From Vitrella brassicaformis CCMP3155 (lineage: Eukaryota; Protista; Chromerida), in contig CDMY01000520.1 in NCBI GenBank assembly GCA_001179505.1, positions 124,001-188,000 on the forward strand: a stretch of 64,000 bases of DNA, given 5' to 3'. A program made the translations under genes and the position numbers. Each line of letters begins with the position of its first letter. Within the stretch, counting starts at the first letter, position 1. The notes below the pieces were generated by a model. That model was not told the origin of the DNA and did not search any database. It saw nothing but the letters and a program-made list of their open reading frames with translations. Shown one piece after another: positions 59,861-64,000 of the stretch.

Positions 59861-60519
59861 ATGAAGACCTTGTGGCTCCTCGCTCTGGGCATGCTTGCCT
59901 TGGCTGCCGCGCAGGAAGCCAACGGCGTGACGTCTGCGGATGACGTTCAAGAGGCTGACGCTGTGAGCGCTGAGGGTGGCCTGCGTGGGCTGACATACTA
60001 CACCACTGAGCATCATGAGAGTGACGCCGCGAGCGAGCAGACTACTGCTGAGTGCATCAAGAACTATGATTGGGGATGTCAGAAGTGCAAGTCGGTCCAG
60101 GGTTTAGGGTCTAGGGTTCATAGACCGACGATCCACTGATCTGTGAGACAGGACGGCTGTTGAGTCTTTGTCCGTTCCATGAGACAGGCCATGGCGGACA
60201 GGACGTCAGACAGAATGGACTGACGCATACTACATGTCCTACGTGGACTCTCCACAAAATCCACAGACCTTACGTTGCATTGACTTAATCCTTTATCCGG
60301 GACTGACCGCCCGGCAGATCCTCTCTTCACCATTCTCCCCGACTCTCTCCCACCTATTCTTACAGGTTGTATTATATACGGTACGCACATCGGCATCCCA
60401 CACACAGCCCACCACAGGCGATGGCCATCTGGTCTGCGATTATCTCTCTCTCTCTCCTCGTCTGTGTGTGTGCAGGCCCCACCGGCTGGCGTCTGGTGGA
60501 TGAAATTCGGAGTAAATGA
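59861..60519 (+). CDS. Small secreted protein (about 125 aa) with an acidic pro-region and a Cys/Trp-containing C-terminus
   Basis: MKTLWLLALGMLALAAAQEANGVTSADDVQEADAVSAEGGLRGL...ECIKNYDWGCQKCK|PWRTGRQTEWTDAYYMSYVDSPQNPQTL|RCIIY|GPTGWRLVDEIRSK*. Exon 1 is firm; the 3' exons are inferred. Confidence 0.65.
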
Positions 60520-60883
60520 TGCGTGGGTTCCATTTGAGAGGTCCGATAGATAGCAGCGTGAGTGAATGAGTGAGTGAGTCAGTGAGTGGTGGTGGGCTGC
60601 CAGCAGGCAGACACATAGAGGGAGAGGTAAAGAGAGGTAAAATCGGAGGGCGCGTGAGAGGGAATGGACCAAAGGGGGGCAGACGCGATGCGACAGATCA
60701 ACAATTATAATTACACCTCAATCAACAGACGCTCACTCTTTCTCACACACAAGAGGCCGGGTGGACTTGACGGCTGCAGAACCAGCAGAGTTTTTCAATC
60801 TCCAGTCAGGGAACAGTCCATGTGCTTGGATCCACACGCACCTTTCATGCCGCACACCGATTGCCATGTCCATCCATCCACAC

Positions 60884-62606
60884 TAGATGAATTCCAGTAA
60901 GTGTCCCAGATGGTCAGAACCGAGTTCAAGAGAGACACGGACTGACGAATGTAAAATGTAGGCAGCAATTGCCCACACCAGACTCATCGGCCTCGGACAC
61001 GTGCAGCGGCCTGACCTGCACATACAGACAGACAGACAGACAGACGAGAAGAAGGAGACATGAACAGATACTTGGATGGCCTGTCCGTACGCTTGTCTGT
61101 CTGTCTGTGCAATGGAGTGCTGCGTGTGTGTGTGTGTGTGTGTGGCGGACCTGGTCCACCAGTCGACGGCTCTGGACGCGCCCTCACCCAACAGCTCGCT
61201 GAAGAAGCGCATCTGGTGCAGCGTGATTCCGGCTGCACACAGGGACACACACAGAGGACACACACAGACACTCATAGGTGGGGCCGGGAAGGAACGACAG
61301 CAAAGGCAATGGCGAGACATGAGTGCAGGACGCCCCCCTCTCTCACTCACCCACCCAGTCACTTACGTGCTGCCGACGGGGGAGGGGGCACGGCGGTGGC
61401 GGGGCCGGGCGTGTCGTCATCGTCACTGTTGTCATGGTTCTCGCCGCTCTCCTCACTGCTGTCCTCTGCTGATGCATGGGAGGCAGACCGTCAAGGGGCC
61501 GGTGGGTGCGTGGCTGTGGTGTGGCCTGCCCTGCCTTTCTGTATGTCTGTATCTGCGTATGTGTGCTGTACCAGCTTCCACAGGGTCGAAATCGATGTCG
61601 TACCCGAATCGCTGCGCCTGATTGATCAACAAGCACACCACACAGGGTGGTCACAGATACCAAGATGGATGGGTGGGGGGCAGGGGAGGGGAGGGGGGGG
61701 AGGGGCTGGGTGTGTCACTTACACGAATCACAATCTCTCGCACGAATATGCCCACGGGATCCTCCAGTCCGATACCCTGATGGATGGATGATCGAATTGG
61801 GTCTCTGTGTGTGTACTCGTGTGTGTGTCCGTGAGTTACGCCTGGGTTGAGGCCGATCAAACGGGTATTGCTGACACCCCTCTTGTCCTCAAAAGCTACT
61901 TCAACCCAGTTCCTAAAGACACACACACACATGCATTGAGAACACCCTTGTGATTTGATGTGTTGACAGTGTTGTTCCCCAGGTGGCATGTCTGCTTACC
62001 CGCGCGCTCCGTGGTGTGTGTCTTTTTGTTGTGCTTTGAGTTGGGGTACGTGACTTTCTTCACACGCTCAATCTCCACCAGCTCGCTACCCGCCCCCTCC
62101 TTGGCCGCACCCTCAACCCCCACGCCCCCAGCACCCTCAGCAGTGCTGCTGCTGTAGCTACCGTAGCCCCACACCTGCTGATACTCGTCTGTACTGACGT
62201 CAGCAGGGCCACTGGCGCCCACGCACTCAAACTCAGCCTGAATGGTCCACGGGCACTTGTATCCATTTGTATCTGGATGCATTGCTGTTGAGGCCCACCT
62301 CCTCCTGCTGCGTTGTGATGCAGATCTTGGGGGACAGCGACGCCATGTCGACCTGATCGACATCGACATGTAAAAAATGCACACAGACACATGAGTAGGC
62401 GTGTGTGGTTGTATTGTATTTGTGTATGTTGGGGGGTGGGGGTCACGTTCAGTTGGAGCGCATTCTGCTGGTAGTCAACGGCGCCCTCTTGCGGGTCTCC
62501 GCCGGTACTCAGCTGGCGGTCCGCCATCACCACACCGAGACCACCGAGACCCACACCGATGTCACCGCCCCCCGTGGGATCCTCAGACCTGACGCACACG
62601 CGCACA

Positions 62607-62641
<35 letters not shown>

Positions 62642-64000
62642 GCATGCCATTCTCATATACAGACAGATATCTGTGTGGGTGGGTGTAGGATGCACTGCAT
62701 CGCATACTGTGTTGCGCTGGAGCCCCCAGCTGGAGTGCTGGCAGATACGTTGAAGGCCTTGGACACTTCCCTCTCGCCCTTCTGCCGATCGACAGTGGTG
62801 ACATTGACGAGTGTGCTTACGATTAAACTTCACGTGACGCCACTTACGGTCATAATGACCTCTTGTCACGGTGTGGGCAGGGGGCCATGCCGTCCTCGTG
62901 CTGCTGCTGCTGCTCCTCGTGACTGTCGTCGCCATCGCGTGAAGTCACACCGACACCCACACGGACACAAATGAAAGGAGAACACCAGATGTGTGCGTAT
63001 GTTGTGTCTGCAGTCATTACGCTGAAGCTGACGACGTGTGGATGCCGTCGTATTGGCCGGCGTCTTGGAATGGGGAGCCGCCGCCGAGCATCTCCCCGCC
63101 GCCCACAAGTGGGGTGGGGGCGGGCATGTCAAACGAACTCTGATCAAGCATGACCATGATGCATACACATACAAGCCGTGAGTGTGCGTCTGTGTCTGTG
63201 TCTGTGGTTTGGCCGTGTGGGGGTGTGTGTTGGCTGCCTGTGGGCCGAACTTGACATTGCACGACGATTGCGAGCCAGCTGACGTACACACACGCACAAA
63301 CACACACAGAGAGAGAGAGAGGGAGGGAGGGAGGGAGAGAGAGAAGGGGAGAGGGGGGACGACCAGGGGACAAATACGTGTGTGTCTGCTGCGCTTGGTG
63401 TGTGTGCTGCATGTGCTACATTTGCGGTAGTGGTAGTGGTCTTGAGTATGGAGTCAGGGACGAGCTCAATGAGGTCGCGATGGATGCAAACATTGCCCTG
63501 AGCAGACACGCAGGCAAACAGGCAAGTGATGCGGCGGCCGGATCGTCATCTGGTGCGCGGGAGAAGAGCTCACTGTGATGCGATCGAAGCCCGTCTGCCA
63601 CGACCCGCGGAGATGATAGTTCCTGAACGAGTTCATTCATGGGCGTGTAAATGGACACATTCATGGCGCCCGACATCATGCGGCTCGCTCACCTCGGCTC
63701 TGCACCATTCACACACACGTAGACAGAGGGAGAGAGAGAGAGGGAGACACGTATGTGGTTTGGTGTGGATATGTGTGTGTGGTGTGTCGCACCCACCGGG
63801 CTCGGCCTTGACTTCGGTGAGTTTGTCTTTGGTGCTCAGCTTCCTCCCATCGCCGTAGACTGACACAACACAACACGCCAGTCCCGTGTTTGCCGTCCCC
63901 CATCTCCACCCACTTAACTTACTACGCGTCAGGTTCGGGCACGAGTGGCTCATCATCGAGTTGCAGAACACACCGCCTGCGGCACACACAAACGAATGCG
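60884..64000 (-). CDS. 3' part of a multi-exon hypothetical gene entering from the right edge of the window
   Basis: Exon chain in frame: YGDGRKLSTKDKLTEVKAEP, RNYHLRGSWQTGFDRIT, GNVCIHRDLIELVPDSILK, NWVEVAFEDKRGVSNTRLIGLNPG, GIGLEDPVGIFVREIVIR, AQRFGYDIDFDPVEA, GITLHQMRFFSELLGEGASRAVDWW. No family recognised; the 3' end is approximate. Confidence 0.6.

Noticed and set aside
60101-60123. Telomere-like ggtttagggtctagggtt (also agggttagg at 30392 and 30425)
   Set aside because: Only 1-3 degenerate units; insufficient for an interstitial telomere
63930-63975. MMSHSCPN resembling the SET-domain NHSCxPN motif
   Set aside because: Key residues and spacing do not match, and no other SET motifs are visible in the window

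Overview
Intron-rich, microsatellite-laden eukaryotic DNA. Gene content (CPW-WPC, PAN/apple, apicomplexan-style CCCH and LRR-7TM proteins) and the (GT)n/(GACA)n-rich short introns suggest a chromerid alveolate, probably Vitrella brassicaformis (inference). All gene models were spliced by eye; most ORFs in the supplied track are intron or microsatellite artefacts. Left to right: NOP2 (-), a 3xCCCH zinc-finger protein (+), about 10.5 kb of gene-poor simple repeats, a TM-RING-H2 ligase (-) head-to-head with a large LRR/Cys-rich/multi-TM receptor (+), a 28.2-38.8 kb cluster of secreted-protein genes built from nested inverted duplications, an ankyrin+C2 protein (+), a CPW-WPC protein (-), a PPR-like protein (-), two unknown proteins, another small secreted protein (+) and a partial gene running off the right end (-). 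The most striking part is the 28-39 kb cluster. It holds two head-to-head paralogues encoding signal peptide + variable Cys-containing segment + a standalone MYRF/tail-spike-type intramolecular chaperone (ICA, Peptidase S74-like) domain that lacks the catalytic Lys. It also holds a deleted third copy and unrelated Cys-rich secreted payload genes (knottin/SRCR-like, PAN/apple) that reuse the same promoter motifs, 5' leader/signal peptide and, in one case, the 3' flank. This looks like a cassette-swapping system for secreted proteins.
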